From contig JBBSXO010000001.1 in assembly GCA_038045705.1 (NCBI GenBank), positions 32,001 through 96,000 of the forward strand: DNA of 64,000 nt, in the 5' to 3' direction. Origin of the DNA: Nanobdellota archaeon. GTDB lineage: Archaea; Nanobdellota; Nanobdellia; Pacearchaeales; GW2011-AR1. Numbering within the stretch: position 1 is the first letter of the stretch; the number at the start of each line of letters is the position of its first letter. A model generated the notes under the pieces. The model saw only the letters and a list, made by a program, of their open reading frames with translations, was not told where the DNA came from and made no database searches. The translations under genes were made by a program, and so were the position numbers. Of this stretch, positions 1 through 9,524 are shown piece after piece.

Positions 1-229
1 GGCTGTAAGAATGATTTCCAATTTCATGTCCTTCATTTATTATCCTTCTAATAATTTTTTCTCTTCCAAAAGTTTTCCTTCCTATTACAAAGAAAGTAGC
101 CATTATTTTCTCCTTTTTTAATAAATTTAGTATTTTTGAAGTTTCTTCAGATGGACTATCGTCAAATGTAAGAGCAACTTGTTTTTTATTTCTATCTCCA
201 TGGAAGATTATATTTCCTAAGTTAATCAT
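1..229 (-). CDS. polysaccharide deacetylase (NodB/CE4 family), N-terminal part, runs off window
   Basis: Manual translation from ATG at 229: MINLGNIIFHGDRNKKQVALTFDDSP...ATFFVIG...GHEIGNHSYS, giving the TFDD and H(S)xxH-type CE4 motifs. Confidence 0.85.
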   Translation of the reverse strand, partial: MINLGNIIFHGDRNKKQVALTFDDSPSEETSKILNLLKKEKIMATFFVIGRKTFGREKIIRRIINEGHEIGNHSYS

Positions 230-481
230 CTACATTTTCCACCTATTTACCTTTTCACAAGAATTACATTCAACAGTTTTATACCTTTTTGATAATCTAA
301 ATATTCCATTACTCAAATCCGAATAACATTTTTTGCAAAATCTCTTTCGATATTCTTTAAGACGAATACGATGAGCCATTGCAAATCTTTTAATTTTTCT
401 TGTTTGTCGAGGTTCAAGTTTATTTTTAGAAAAATAATCCTCTATTTTGTTTTTAGCTTCTATCTTCGATAAATCTTTCAT
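230..481 (-). CDS. rnp4: ribonuclease P protein component 4 (Rpp21)
   Basis: AMAHRIRL...RKRFCKKC...VECNSC..VNRW zinc-ribbon pattern typical of Rpp21. Confidence 0.8.
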   Translation of the reverse strand: MKDLSKIEAKNKIEDYFSKNKLEPRQTRKIKRFAMAHRIRLKEYRKRFCKKCYSDLSNGIFRLSKRYKTVECNSCEKVNRWKM

Positions 482-1077
482 TAATCAAGTTTTATCCCAA
501 GCTCCTTAGATAAATGCTCTAATTCGCCCTCTGCAAATTTTGACCCTCTTAGATATGGAACAGCCATCGAATTTCCAATATACAATTCAAGTCTTGAATC
601 TCTGGTTTCTTCTATCTTTGAACCTTGTGGGCCAATTATAGGAAATTCTCCTAGTTTTTGATATTCTTCCCAATCGATAATAGGAGCCTCAGGAGGTTCG
701 TCCATATCTGCAAGAAGGAGTAATCCTTTGAATCCAACTCCTTGAAACTGGGCCGGCTCTAATCTTATGAATTTTCCATCTGTTAGATAAAATGCACATT
801 CAAGACCTGAGATAAGAAAATTTTGATTACTTGGTTCTGCTAAGTCTCTAAAAACTGTTCTTTCTGTAATTTTTCCTACTTCTAATCTATTTTCCACGCT
901 GTAAATATCAATAGGACCATGAGAAGTAAATCTCTGTCCTTCATAATCTCTAGAAACAGCAACTACTAATTCTTCAGAAAATCTGCTAATCTTCTTTTGA
1001 AGTCTTATTCTTGTTTCCTCAAATCTTTTTTGAATTCCTTGATAATCTATGATTGCAAGAATTTTTGGTAAACTCAT
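481..1077 (-). CDS. hypothetical protein
   Basis: ORF 481..1125; likely start ATG 1077 (MSLPKIL), with TAATG overlap into rnp4; no recognisable motif. Confidence 0.6.
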   Translation of the reverse strand: MSLPKILAIIDYQGIQKRFEETRIRLQKKISRFSEELVVAVSRDYEGQRFTSHGPIDIYSVENRLEVGKITERTVFRDLAEPSNQNFLISGLECAFYLTDGKFIRLEPAQFQGVGFKGLLLLADMDEPPEAPIIDWEEYQKLGEFPIIGPQGSKIEETRDSRLELYIGNSMAVPYLRGSKFAEGELEHLSKELGIKLD

Positions 1078-1151
1078 AATTTGAATTGTCCTCTCTAAAA
1101 TATAAGCTTTTGCATACTTTCGCATTTAAATGATTTTTTAAAGAAAAAATC

Positions 1152-1265
1152 GAAGACAGCATCCTTGGTTTGCCTCTTGACGGAGACTACAACAACGGAC
1201 GTGAAAGGCTTAACTTCTGTGTTCGGAATGAGAACAGGTGTTTCCCCAGCACTATGACTGTCTTC
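1152..1265 (-). rRNA. rrf: 5S ribosomal RNA
   Basis: Reverse complement GAAGACAGTCATAGTGCTGGGGAAACACCTGTTCTCATTCCGAACACAGAAGTTAAGCC...GCTGTCTTC contains the conserved CCGAAC/GAAGTTAAG core, and its ends are complementary (helix I); 114 nt. Confidence 0.93.
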
Positions 1266-1286
1266 AAAATGGAGTTAAATGTTACA

Positions 1287-1294
1287 TTTATAAA
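1287..1294. promoter_or_regulatory. palindromic TATA box (TTTATAAA) between divergent 5S rRNA and tRNA-Leu
   Basis: Centred in the 52-nt gap, about 22-30 nt from both 5' ends. Confidence 0.55.
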
Positions 1295-1317
1295 ACTTCC
1301 TATCGCACTATTTTCAA

Positions 1318-1401
1318 GCAAGAGTAGCGAAGTGGTCAAACGCGGAAGACTCAAAATCTTCTGGCTTAGTGCCTTCAGAGGTTCGAATCCTCTCTCTTGC
1401 A
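1318..1401 (+). tRNA. tRNA-Leu(CAA)
   Basis: Acceptor GCAAGAG/CTCTTGC, anticodon arm GAAGA-CTCAAAA-TCTTC, long variable arm, GTTCGAATC T-loop; CCA not encoded. Confidence 0.95.
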
Positions 1402-1417
1402 TTTATTTACAAAATAT

Positions 1418-1492
1418 GCGCCCGTAGCTCAGCCTGGATAGAGCAACTCCCTCCTAAGGCGTAGGTCGTAGGTTCAAATCCTATCGGGCGCG
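1418..1492 (+). tRNA. tRNA-Arg(CCT)
   Basis: Acceptor GCGCCCG/CGGGCGC, D-arm AGCTCAGCCTGGATAGAGC, anticodon loop CTCCTAA, GTTCAAATC T-loop; one T-C mismatch in the anticodon stem. Confidence 0.92.
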
Positions 1493-2101
1493 TATAGTTG
1501 CTTTGATAATCTTTCTCTTTATTGAGCTGTCTCTTCTAATAGGCTTAAATGTTTTTTCCTCTATTTTTATATTTTTAAAATCATTAAACAAATCAATTAT
1601 TTCATCCTTTTCAAAAAAATGACATATCAATCCATTTTGCTTTTGAATAGTATTCTTCTCTATCTTCTTGATATATCTCTTTGCTCTAAAATCTCCAACA
1701 GCGAAATCTTCAAATAATATTGTTCCATTTTGTTTAAGAAGAGATTTTATTTTTTTAATTACTTTTATTCTATTTTTTTTCTTGAAATTATTTAGAAAAT
1801 AGTAACAGACAATTATATCAAATTTCTTATTGATATTCAAACTAAGAATATCTGATTTTAGAAAAATTATTTTGTCTGACTTTATAGATTCTTTAGCCTT
1901 TTTTAGTGCCTCTTGCGAAATATCTAAAGCAACAACTTCTTTTGGTTTTTGACTAAGTATTGTTTTTAGAGTTTTTCCATTGCCAACTCCAAGTTCCAAA
2001 ACAGATTTTTTATAGATAATTTCTTTAATATCCATGGTGTTCTTTTTCCAAAATAATCCTTCCTCATATAATTTATTCCATACAAATTCTTGGTTTTTCA
2101 T
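1481..2101 (-). CDS. class I SAM-dependent methyltransferase
   Basis: VLELGVGNGK motif I, VALDIS, FDIIVCYYFL. Confidence 0.85.
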   Translation of the reverse strand: MKNQEFVWNKLYEEGLFWKKNTMDIKEIIYKKSVLELGVGNGKTLKTILSQKPKEVVALDISQEALKKAKESIKSDKIIFLKSDILSLNINKKFDIIVCYYFLNNFKKKNRIKVIKKIKSLLKQNGTILFEDFAVGDFRAKRYIKKIEKNTIQKQNGLICHFFEKDEIIDLFNDFKNIKIEEKTFKPIRRDSSIKRKIIKATIRAR

Positions 2102-2213
2102 GAAATTGATGCGGTTTAAGAGTTATTTAACTTGTTTTAATAAATTTCTATAGTCAATACTGTAAAAGAGGCGAACACAATCTTTAAAATCCCTCTTTAT
2201 GAAAGAATATAAA

Positions 2214-2284
2214 GCGCCATTGGTTTAGTGGTAGAACTTCTGATTTCCAATCAGACGGGAGGGGTTCGATTCCCCTATGGCGCA
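2214..2284 (+). tRNA. tRNA-Gly(TCC)
   Basis: Acceptor GCGCCAT/ATGGCGC, anticodon arm TCTGA-TTTCCAA-TCAGA, GTTCGATTC T-loop. Confidence 0.95.
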
Positions 2285-2292
2285 TACTAAAA

Positions 2293-3213
2293 ATGGAAAA
2301 CATACAACATCATCCACCACAACAAACGCATCCACATGTGAGTAAAAAACACTGGTATGACAAATATTACAAAATAATGTTATTTATCCCAGTTGTTTTG
2401 TTAGTAATCTGTTTAATCTACTTATTCTCTTTTTATGCTAAGAATAATGATATTATCTACAAAGATCCCAGCCTTTCTGGAGGAACAACAATAACATTAA
2501 GTGAAGAAGTTGATGTAATCTCGCTAGAAGAAAGCTTACAACAGTCAATACCAGATGTCCATATAAGAACTATTTCAGATATTTCTACAGGCAATCAAAT
2601 AGCAGTTTTAATTGAGTCTTCAAGTTCACCAGAAGTTCTAACACCACTAGTTGAAGAATTTATAGGACATGAATTAACAAGTGAAAACTCAAGCATAGAG
2701 TTTAGTGGATCAAGTCTATCTGATAACTTCTATAAGCAATTAGCAATAGCAGTACTAATCTCTTTTGTGCTTATGTCTTTAGTAATATTCTTTCTTTTCA
2801 AATCATTCATCCCTAGCATTGCAGTAATATTCTCAGCATTTGCAGACATAGTTATGGCTCTGACAGTGGCCAATATTTTAGAAATAAGACTTTCAGCAGC
2901 AGGAATAGCAGCATTTCTTATGCTGATAGGTTATTCTGTAGACAGCAACATTTTATTGACTATGAGAGTCATAAAAAAGAGAGGAGAATCTGTTAATTAT
3001 AGAATTTATAGTTCATTTAAGACAGGGATATTTATGACAATTACTGGATTAGCTGCGCTAATTCCAGCCTTTTTTATAGTAACTGGTCTTCCAGACTCAT
3101 TCAGACAAATATTCTTCATTCTTGCAATAGGACTTTCTGCAACAATAATAAATACATGGCTCACAAATGCATCCATAATAAAATGGTATGCAGAGTATAA
3201 AAAAATAGGATAA
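2293..3213 (+). CDS. secF: protein translocase subunit SecF
   Basis: LSGGTTIT, AAFLMLIGYSVDSNILL and six-TM SecD/F architecture. Confidence 0.92.
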   Translation: MENIQHHPPQQTHPHVSKKHWYDKYYKIMLFIPVVLLVICLIYLFSFYAKNNDIIYKDPSLSGGTTITLSEEVDVISLEESLQQSIPDVHIRTISDISTGNQIAVLIESSSSPEVLTPLVEEFIGHELTSENSSIEFSGSSLSDNFYKQLAIAVLISFVLMSLVIFFLFKSFIPSIAVIFSAFADIVMALTVANILEIRLSAAGIAAFLMLIGYSVDSNILLTMRVIKKRGESVNYRIYSSFKTGIFMTITGLAALIPAFFIVTGLPDSFRQIFFILAIGLSATIINTWLTNASIIKWYAEYKKIG

Positions 3214-4733
3214 TGGCAAAACTAACTTTTAGAATTTGGATTTTAATCATTTCTTTAGTCTTAGCGCTACTAATGATTTCCCCTACATTTAAGGAAGGAA
3301 TCATAATAAAAAATGTAGATAAGGACTCAAAAGCATATGATTCAGGATTAAGATCTGGGATGATCTTAAAAAATATCAACTCCGAAGAAATAAAATCTCT
3401 AAAAGAATATTCTTTAGTATCATCAGGGTTCTTGAGTAATAATGAAGAAAAAAGAATTTCAATAACAACTGAAGAAGATTCTTTTGTATTTTTAGATTCA
3501 AATATATCTTCTATTACTGTTGGAAAGCTTCCTAAATCTAATATAAAAACAGGTCTTGATTTAAGTGGTGGAGCTAGAGCACTAGTTAAACCTGTAAATG
3601 GAACGTTAACAGATTTAGAAGTTTCTGACCTAGTAGAAATCACAAATCAAAGATTAAATGTATTTGGTTTGACAGATTTAACCATCAGATCAGTTAAAGA
3701 TTTAGCAGGAAATAATTTTATGCTTGTAGAAGTTGCAGGGGCTTCTAGAGAAGACATAGCAGATTTAGTTGCAAAACAAGGTAATTTCGAAGCAAAAATA
3801 GGGAATCAAACAGTTTTCAGAGGAGGCGAACAAGATATTACACATGTGTTTCGCGATGCAACACAGTCAGCAGTTTATCAACCAGAATCATTAGGGGATG
3901 GTACATATTTAAGCAGATTTACTTTCACAATAACTCTTAGTCCGGAAGCAGCACAGCGTCACGCAGATATAACCAATTCAATATCTATCGATCCAAATTC
4001 AGGAGGACAATATCTGTCTGAGAATCTTACTTTAGTCTTAGATGGGGAAATAGTTGATGAATTAAGAATAAGTTCAGGATTAAAGGGTCAAGTAACAACT
4101 CAGATTTCTATTCAAGGATCTGGTACGGGCACTACACCAGAGATAGCAACTTCTGAAGCAAGAGCACAAATGCATAAGCTCCAGACATTATTATTAACTG
4201 GAAGTATTCCATACCAATTAGAAATAGTAAAATTAGATACAATTTCACCTTCTTTAGGTGAGCAGTTTACTAAAACAATAATAATTTTAGGATTGACTGT
4301 TTTCCTAATAGTTTCTTTAGTTTTATTTGTAAAATATAGAAAAATAAAAATCACTTTAGCCGTTATTTTAACAATGTTTTCTGAAGCGTTTATAACACTG
4401 GGGATTGCAGCACTACTACGTTGGAATTTAGACGCAGCGAGTATAGCTGGAATAATAGCAGGTTTAGGTCTTGGAGTAAATGATCAAATAGTCATAATTG
4501 ATGAATCAAGGTCAAAAGATAATTCAAGCATGAAAGAAAAAATAAAGAAAGCTTTATTCGTAGTGGTCGGAGCATTCTTCACTATAATTGCAGCAATGCT
4601 TCCTCTTTTCTGGGCAGGAGCAGGTCTTTTGAGAGGTTTTGCATTTACAACTATAATTGGAATAACTGTTGGAATATTAATTACAAGACCTGCATTTGCA
4701 GATATTATTAGAAAGATTGGAGAAAAAGAATAA
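3213..4733 (+). CDS. secD: protein translocase subunit SecD
   Basis: GLDLSGGARAL, RLNVFGL, ISPSLGEQF, IAGIIAGLGLGVNDQIVI, GFAFTTIIG; TAATG-coupled to secF. Confidence 0.93.
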   Translation: MAKLTFRIWILIISLVLALLMISPTFKEGIIIKNVDKDSKAYDSGLRSGMILKNINSEEIKSLKEYSLVSSGFLSNNEEKRISITTEEDSFVFLDSNISSITVGKLPKSNIKTGLDLSGGARALVKPVNGTLTDLEVSDLVEITNQRLNVFGLTDLTIRSVKDLAGNNFMLVEVAGASREDIADLVAKQGNFEAKIGNQTVFRGGEQDITHVFRDATQSAVYQPESLGDGTYLSRFTFTITLSPEAAQRHADITNSISIDPNSGGQYLSENLTLVLDGEIVDELRISSGLKGQVTTQISIQGSGTGTTPEIATSEARAQMHKLQTLLLTGSIPYQLEIVKLDTISPSLGEQFTKTIIILGLTVFLIVSLVLFVKYRKIKITLAVILTMFSEAFITLGIAALLRWNLDAASIAGIIAGLGLGVNDQIVIIDESRSKDNSSMKEKIKKALFVVVGAFFTIIAAMLPLFWAGAGLLRGFAFTTIIGITVGILITRPAFADIIRKIGEKE

Positions 4734-5177
4734 ATGCTTCCTCGCTGGCATGTATTTTTTGGAATTGTCTTTTGTTTTATATTCAAATTAATCTCTCCAG
4801 ATACAAGTTACATCTCTCTTTTTTTAATTTGGTTTGCTTCAGTATTCATAGACTTCGATCATTATCTCTCTGCAGGCTTAATCCATAATAAATGGAGTCC
4901 AGCAGAAGCAATTAATCATGGTTATAATGTAAGAGAAAAAATTTTAGATCAAAAATCTGAATTTGGGATGTGTGAAAAAGGAAACTTTCACTTTTTTCAC
5001 ACTGTAGAGTCTCACCTATTAGTGGGCTTAATTGCTATATTTTTTTCACCATTTTATTTCATATTCATTGGAATGGTATTGCATTCTTTACTCGACATAA
5101 TATGGATGGTCAGACATGATGTCTTAGACTCAAGAGAATTTTTCTTAATCTCTAAATTCAGAAATATGTTGTTATAA
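4734..5177 (+). CDS. membrane-bound metal-dependent hydrolase (YdjM/LexA-binding-like)
   Basis: N-terminal H, IDFDH, FHTVE and HSLLD motifs with TM segments. Confidence 0.65.
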   Translation: MLPRWHVFFGIVFCFIFKLISPDTSYISLFLIWFASVFIDFDHYLSAGLIHNKWSPAEAINHGYNVREKILDQKSEFGMCEKGNFHFFHTVESHLLVGLIAIFFSPFYFIFIGMVLHSLLDIIWMVRHDVLDSREFFLISKFRNMLL

Positions 5178-5450
5178 AAAACTAGCAACACTTTTAGACA
5201 TAAGAAACAGACTCAAAACCCAAATCAAAAGAGTCCATGGTGTAAAGAACATTCCGGTAAAAAGGGTTATTGAGGCAATTAAGTCTACAATACTCAAAAA
5301 GTCTCCTCTTAATATAAACAAACCTTTAATAAAAAGCAGACCACCAATAAATAATATTAGTTGAAAATTTAAATCTAAAGAAAAAATCATACACAGCAAC
5401 ATTATTGAAGCAACTAAATCAATCAGTCCAAGAATTTTTACTAAAACCAT
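5172..5450 (-). CDS. small membrane protein
   Basis: 92 aa, almost entirely hydrophobic, internal DLxAS repeat. Confidence 0.65.
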   Translation of the reverse strand: MVLVKILGLIDLVASIMLLCMIFSLDLNFQLILFIGGLLFIKGLFILRGDFLSIVDLIASITLFTGMFFTPWTLLIWVLSLFLMSKSVASFL

Positions 5451-5520
5451 ATGTTTATGCTTTGTATTCCAATTATAAATTTATAGATTAATTTAAATAT
5501 CTCTAATTTGGGATTTAATT

Positions 5521-6060
5521 ATGGACTATAAAGAATATTCAATTGAAGATAATGAGCTTGTAGAACTTTCTAAATTAAAAGTTGGTTTTATTCCTAAAGA
5601 AGATTTTATAAAAATTCATCAAAATTCCATAATCGTTACAGTAGATATTCTGATTTGGTATAATAGTGGTTTCTTGCTTGTTCAAAGAGATAATGTTCCA
5701 GCTAATGGTGAGTTGTGGAATATAGGTGGCAGGATAGAAAGAGGAGTTAGTTTAGAGGAATCAGTTAGAAAAAAAGTGAAATCTGAGTGCAATCTTAGTC
5801 TTAAAAATATGAAAAATTTAGGAGTTTCAAGATCTTTATGGAAAACAGATCCATTTGGACATGGAAAAGGAACGGATACTCTAACTTTTATGTATCTTGC
5901 AGAAGGAGTAGGGGAGTTAAAATTAGATAAACTTCACTCAAATCCTCTAATTGTGGATAAAAAGAAATTTGAAGAAATTAAGCATTCATTTCATCCATTT
6001 ATGAGTGATTTTTTTGAAATAGCTTTTAAAGATAAATGGTTTCTAAATTTAAATGAATAA
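5521..6060 (+). CDS. NUDIX hydrolase, GDP-mannose mannosyl hydrolase (Gmm/WcaH)-like
   Basis: F..IHQNSIIVTVDILI...LLVQRDNVPANGELWNIGGRIERGVSLEESVRKKVKSECNL, a modified Nudix box typical of GDPMH. Confidence 0.7.
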   Translation: MDYKEYSIEDNELVELSKLKVGFIPKEDFIKIHQNSIIVTVDILIWYNSGFLLVQRDNVPANGELWNIGGRIERGVSLEESVRKKVKSECNLSLKNMKNLGVSRSLWKTDPFGHGKGTDTLTFMYLAEGVGELKLDKLHSNPLIVDKKKFEEIKHSFHPFMSDFFEIAFKDKWFLNLNE

Positions 6061-6820
6061 AAAATTAATGATTCTTATAGTAGCCTACAATGCTGAGAGC
6101 ACCATAAAACCACTTCTAGAAAGAATGCCTAATGAAGTTTGGAAAAGAGCATCTGAAATAGTAATAGCAGATGATGCATCAAAAGATTTTACTTCAGTAG
6201 TTGCAAACGAATACAAATTAAGAAACAAAAAAAAGAAATTGACTATAATAAAACACCAAAAGAACAAAGGATATGGCGGAAACCAAAAATGGGGTTACAT
6301 TTATGCAATGAAGAAAGGATATGATATAACTGTAATGATTCATGGAGATGCCCAATACCCTCCAGAATATATAATAAAACTAATAAAACCAATTGAAGAA
6401 AATAATGCTGATTTTGTATTCGGTTCAAGAATGGCAGGACACCCAATAAAGGGAGGCATGCCAATATACAAATATTTAGGAAACGTTTTTTTAACGACAA
6501 CAGAAAATATTGTTCTAGGAACAAGACTAACAGAATTCCATTCAGGATTCAGAGCCTATTCTATTCAAGTTTTAAAGAAGATTCCTCTTCATCTAGATTC
6601 TGATGGATTTCACTTTGACTCTGAGATAATAATGCAATTCGTTCGTTCTAAGAAAAAGATAAAAGAAATAGTTATTCCTACATTTTACGGTGATGAGAAA
6701 TGCAATGTTAAAGTAATAAGCTATGGTCTTAACATCCTCAAAGAACTTTTGAAGTATGTTCTTACAAAATACAAAATCAAATCTTATCCAAAATACGACT
6801 TAAAGAATTTCAAGAAATAA
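6053..6820 (+). CDS. GT2 glycosyltransferase, DPM1-like (polyprenol-phosphate sugar synthase)
   Basis: IVAYNAE, ADDASKD, NKGYGG, HGDAQYPP, VFGSR, EFHSGFRAY. Confidence 0.88.
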   Translation: MNKKLMILIVAYNAESTIKPLLERMPNEVWKRASEIVIADDASKDFTSVVANEYKLRNKKKKLTIIKHQKNKGYGGNQKWGYIYAMKKGYDITVMIHGDAQYPPEYIIKLIKPIEENNADFVFGSRMAGHPIKGGMPIYKYLGNVFLTTTENIVLGTRLTEFHSGFRAYSIQVLKKIPLHLDSDGFHFDSEIIMQFVRSKKKIKEIVIPTFYGDEKCNVKVISYGLNILKELLKYVLTKYKIKSYPKYDLKNFKK

Positions 6821-6885
6821 AAAAGTTCTTGATTTTGAACTTTTGGATGATCAAAGTGTTCTATCAAGATACAATTTGACATAAT

Positions 6886-7626
6886 CTATTTTTTTCTAGC
6901 AACAATCATTACAATACTTGAATTCTTGCTATTATTTAATAAATAAGCCAAATAAATTATTCCAAAAAGAAAATCATTTATTATTTTGAATCCTTCCATT
7001 TTTAGTTTGCTTATTTTCATAGGTTTCTGATTTATTGCTCTTTTAACTAAGAATTTAGTAAGTTCTCTTTCAAGAAAACTTCCTATAGGTCTATTTTCTA
7101 GTATTTCGAATCCTTCATCCCCTATCTCCTTTGCTAATTTCCTTGGATCAAATCTTCTTAAATGGCCAACATAATCATCGTCAAAAGCCCAGTAAGTCAT
7201 ATGTGTGGGTACAGTTAGGAATAGAACTCCACTTTTCTTTAAGACCCTTGCAAATTCCTTTATACTTTTTTTGTAATTGCGTACATGTTCAAGAACTTCA
7301 GAAGAAAAAACAGCATTTACGCTTTCATTCTTAGCATGTATTTTTTCTACATCTCCAAGCCTAGTTTTATACCCTAATTTTTTTAGAATATTCATAGCAT
7401 TTTTATCTGAATCTATGAAAACGGTTTTTGACTTCACAGGAGAAACAGGAGATATACCACAGCCAACATCGAGTATCTTTTCGCTTTTCTTTGAATACTT
7501 ATTATAAACTTTAGCTAACATAAATTTTCTAAATCTATAATTAAAAAGCTGATTTTTTAGTTTAATATAGTCTGTAGAAACAAAAAACTTAGAGAATTCA
7601 TTTTTATTATTATCTTCCTCAACCAT
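6886..7626 (-). CDS. class I SAM-dependent methyltransferase (Methyltransf_11-like)
   Basis: ILDVGCG, SEVLEHV, LFLTVP, DDYVGHLRRF. Confidence 0.85.
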   Translation of the reverse strand: MVEEDNNKNEFSKFFVSTDYIKLKNQLFNYRFRKFMLAKVYNKYSKKSEKILDVGCGISPVSPVKSKTVFIDSDKNAMNILKKLGYKTRLGDVEKIHAKNESVNAVFSSEVLEHVRNYKKSIKEFARVLKKSGVLFLTVPTHMTYWAFDDDYVGHLRRFDPRKLAKEIGDEGFEILENRPIGSFLERELTKFLVKRAINQKPMKISKLKMEGFKIINDFLFGIIYLAYLLNNSKNSSIVMIVARKK

Positions 7627-7677
7627 TATGATAAAGTGATAAAATAGCTATTTAAATGAGCTTAATCTACAAAATAT

Positions 7678-9480
7678 ATGGTCTTGAAATATAATTTAAT
7701 AAAAGAAAAGATCAATTATTTCTTCCACTCTAATGAATCAAAATATGCAAGATACACTCTTTACTTAACCCTCATAGGACTTGTTTTGAGATTTATTGGT
7801 GCGATACATTTGGACGTTTTAGCAGATGATATGGTATATGCATCCCAGAGTGCTGGAATAATTGGCTCTAAAATAATATCCACACACTCCAATCCCCCAT
7901 TATTTTTCTATTTGACTGATTTGGCATACAATATTTTTGGTTATTCTACATTTGCAGCGAGATTTTGGCCTATGATTACAGGTACGCTTCTTATTCCTCT
8001 AATTTATTTAATTTCTAATCACTTGTTAAAAAACAGAAAACAATCTTTCTTCGTAGCGTTGTTTGTGACATTTTCTAGCTTCTTGATAAGAATGACATTT
8101 ACAGAACAAAGCCTAGTTGTTTTCTTCTTCATATTTGCAGGAGTATACTTTGGAATGTTATTTATGGAAAAACAATCCCATAAATTTCTTTTATTATCTT
8201 CAGTATTTTTTGGCTTAGCACTGTTAACAAAGTATAATGCCCCATTCTTTATCATATCATTTGGAATCTATGCTATTTACTCTAATTTTTCTAAAAATAA
8301 TAAATTTTTAACATTAAAAAACACCATTTTATTTATTGGAATATTAGTTTTATTTGCTCTTCCATTCTTATCATTTAATTATATTCTTTATGATCAAAAA
8401 GGAATTGTAGATGTTTATTTTAGTAGATTGGTTCATCTAGATTCAACTCAAGAACTTTATGGGGGTCTTGGCGGACAGGAAAAGTCTTTCTTAGATAATC
8501 TATTTAATCCAGGCAATTACGGAAATTATAAACTTCCATTATTCACAGATCCGCTTTTAGTTCTGTTTGCTCTTTATGGTTTATTCTTATTTTATTTACA
8601 TAATAAGAAAGCTTTCTACTTTATTCTTATTTTCTTATTAATCCCATTTGTTCTTCAAAGTGCAGGGGCGCCTTTGCAAAAACACTTTGCATTCATGTAT
8701 ATTTTATTAGCAATACCAGCAGGTCTGGGATTTAGTACAGCCATCTCAAATTTAAAGAGTAGGAACTTAAAGATAATTTCATTGGTAGTCTTTTTGCTAA
8801 TCGCAATATATTGCTTAGGTATTTCCAATGGGACACCATCTCATTATTTTGCAAAAGGACCTAATGCAGGGCTTAAATATTTCATTAATGATGAAGTAAG
8901 CGACTCAAGTTTAATTGTTTTTGATTCTAGAATATATACTGCAAGATTGATGTGGTTGGCAACAGATAAGGCTTATTTGACTTTTGAACAATCGGTGCCC
9001 ATACTACAACAGGTTTTCGCACAGAATATATCATCTGTTCATCCTATGAAGGTCTATTTTATCGAATGTGTTGTAGAAGACTGTGGATGGGGTTGGGTGG
9101 CTAGTAACCAAAATTTAAACAGTTCATCAGAATATTTTATTGATTCAATTTCGGAAACAGCAGATGTAGTTTCGATAATAGAATCTCCTCGCTTTGATGG
9201 AAATGAATTATTTAATTCTGTTCCACAAGAGTATTACAAGGTCTATTCTGTAGATCTTAGAATACCTCAACCAGCCCTAGAACAAATTAAACAATCTCAA
9301 AGTTTTTACTTCGTGCCTTACTTGTATAAAAATATGGAAAATTATCTTTATAATTACAAAACTATTGACCCATTTTCAGATTTATTGGATAATTCCTCAT
9401 ATGCAATAATTATAGCCTCAATTATACTTGCTATCTTATGTTTGATTTTTGTAATTTTTGTATTTTTAATATTTTCTTAA
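7678..9480 (+). CDS. GT-C fold glycosyltransferase (ArnT/PMT_2, GT39/83-like)
   Basis: LRF..ADDMVY, HSNPPLFFYL, FAARFW, GLALLTKY; many TM helices and a C-terminal external domain. Confidence 0.82.
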   Translation: MVLKYNLIKEKINYFFHSNESKYARYTLYLTLIGLVLRFIGAIHLDVLADDMVYASQSAGIIGSKIISTHSNPPLFFYLTDLAYNIFGYSTFAARFWPMITGTLLIPLIYLISNHLLKNRKQSFFVALFVTFSSFLIRMTFTEQSLVVFFFIFAGVYFGMLFMEKQSHKFLLLSSVFFGLALLTKYNAPFFIISFGIYAIYSNFSKNNKFLTLKNTILFIGILVLFALPFLSFNYILYDQKGIVDVYFSRLVHLDSTQELYGGLGGQEKSFLDNLFNPGNYGNYKLPLFTDPLLVLFALYGLFLFYLHNKKAFYFILIFLLIPFVLQSAGAPLQKHFAFMYILLAIPAGLGFSTAISNLKSRNLKIISLVVFLLIAIYCLGISNGTPSHYFAKGPNAGLKYFINDEVSDSSLIVFDSRIYTARLMWLATDKAYLTFEQSVPILQQVFAQNISSVHPMKVYFIECVVEDCGWGWVASNQNLNSSSEYFIDSISETADVVSIIESPRFDGNELFNSVPQEYYKVYSVDLRIPQPALEQIKQSQSFYFVPYLYKNMENYLYNYKTIDPFSDLLDNSSYAIIIASIILAILCLIFVIFVFLIFS

Positions 9481-9524
9481 CACTATTTATAAAGTATTAA
9501 ATAACAACTTACCCAATCTAAAAT

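Noticed and set aside
1170-1427. ORFs 1170..1427 (+) and 1187..1402 (-)
   Set aside because: Shadows of the 5S rRNA and tRNA-Leu genes.
1318-2284. Provirus or integrative element at the tRNA cluster
   Set aside because: No integrase, and I found no duplicated tRNA 3' end (att site) in the window.
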